The notes below the pieces were generated by a model. That model was not told the DNA's origin. It saw only the letters and a program-made list of their open reading frames with translations, and did not search any database. The position numbers and the translations under genes are program-made. From the NCBI GenBank assembly GCA_046538155.1, contig JBKHJL010000007.1, positions 1 through 35,887 on the forward strand: 35,887 nt of DNA, given 5' to 3'. Below are positions 35,187-35,887 of this stretch, piece by piece (positions within the stretch are counted from its first letter, which is position 1; each line of letters begins with the position of its first letter). The DNA is from Candidatus Micrarchaeia archaeon. GTDB taxonomy: Archaea > Micrarchaeota > Micrarchaeia > Anstonellales > Bilamarchaeaceae.

Positions 35187-35744
35187 ATGAATCCATTGAA
35201 TTTTGTTCCGAGTAAGATTTTTCTTACCAAAGGAATTGGCAGGTCCAACACACAACTGGGCTCATTTGAAGAGGCACTCAGGGATGCGGGAATAGCTTAC
35301 TGCAACCTTGTTTATGTTTCAAGCATATTCCCTCCGGGCGCAAAACTCATAAGCAGAGCCGAGGGCAAAAAAAAACTGGAACCAGGGCAGATTGTTTTTA
35401 CTGTTATGTCAAGGCTCAGCTCATGTGAGCCCAGCAGAAGAATTTCTGCCTCCGTAGGACTCGCCCTGCCAAGAGAAAAGAGCTGGCACGGCTACCTCAG
35501 TGAACACCATTCCTACGGGCAGAGCAAGCAAGCGGCAGGGGAATACGCAGAAGACCTTGCCGCAAGCATGCTTGCCTCCACCATGGGCATAGAATTTGAT
35601 CCGGATGCTGCGTGGAATGCAAAAGAAGAGCACTTCAGGATGAGCGGAAAGATAGTCAAAACAAAAAATATAACTGCAACCACTGAAGTAGGGAAAAGCG
35701 GACACTGGGCAACTACGATTGCTGCCGCAGTTTTGCTTCCCTGA
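35187..35744 (+). CDS. pdaD: Pyruvoyl-dependent arginine decarboxylase
   Basis: SFEEALRDAGIA..NLV.VSSIFPP (Ser-Ser self-cleavage site), GYLSEHH, AEDLAASML. Confidence 0.9.
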   Translation: MNPLNFVPSKIFLTKGIGRSNTQLGSFEEALRDAGIAYCNLVYVSSIFPPGAKLISRAEGKKKLEPGQIVFTVMSRLSSCEPSRRISASVGLALPREKSWHGYLSEHHSYGQSKQAAGEYAEDLAASMLASTMGIEFDPDAAWNAKEEHFRMSGKIVKTKNITATTEVGKSGHWATTIAAAVLLP

Positions 35745-35797
35745 ATTGAAAAAAAAGAGAAGGTAAGATAGGACGGCCGCCTACTTACTTATTTTGA

Positions 35798-35887
35798 TTA
35801 TTTTTTCTTTTTTGAAGACTTCTTTTTAGTGCTCTTTTTCTTGGTCGCTGGCTTTCTTTTGGTTGTTCTCTTCTTTGTTGTCTTTTT
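35798..35887 (-). CDS. 3' end of a gene with a Lys-rich tail (KKTTKKRTTKRKPATKKKSTKKKSSKKKK*)
   Basis: 30 open codons from the window edge to TAA at 35798-35800; identity cannot be determined. Confidence 0.6.
   Translation of the reverse strand, partial: KKTTKKRTTKRKPATKKKSTKKKSSKKKK

Noticed and set aside
35798..35887. Assignment of the Lys-rich tail to topoisomerase I or a histone H1-like protein
   Set aside because: Only 29 low-complexity residues are visible, which is not diagnostic

Overview
Gene-dense archaeal chromosomal segment. It carries psmB, aCPSF1/FttA, SRP54, Pus10, deoxyhypusine synthase, separate priL/priS, the archaeal thiolase/HMG-CoA synthase/DUF35 cluster, TATA boxes and GGTG(A) Shine-Dalgarno motifs. 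A DPANN lineage, probably Micrarchaeota, is inferred from S-layer-like sequences and a non-canonical tRNA intron; this was not tested. There are about 40 CDS and one tRNA-Arg(CCU) with a 32-nt BHB intron in the T-loop (59/60). No CRISPR array, rRNA or transposase was seen. Main leads: a serK-aminotransferase-serA operon (serine to 3-phosphoglycerate route); a HEAT + SSB-like OB-fold fusion; a RelA/SpoT-type HD hydrolase with an unknown C-terminal domain; lipobox proteins with basic leaders (one frameshifted with an S-layer-like domain, two tandem paralogues sharing a Cys motif); an orphan divergent type IV/VirB11-like ATPase; and two clean intergenic palindromes (a candidate operator of the mevalonate operon, and a dif-like site before priL). 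All family calls come from motif recognition by eye, with no database searches.
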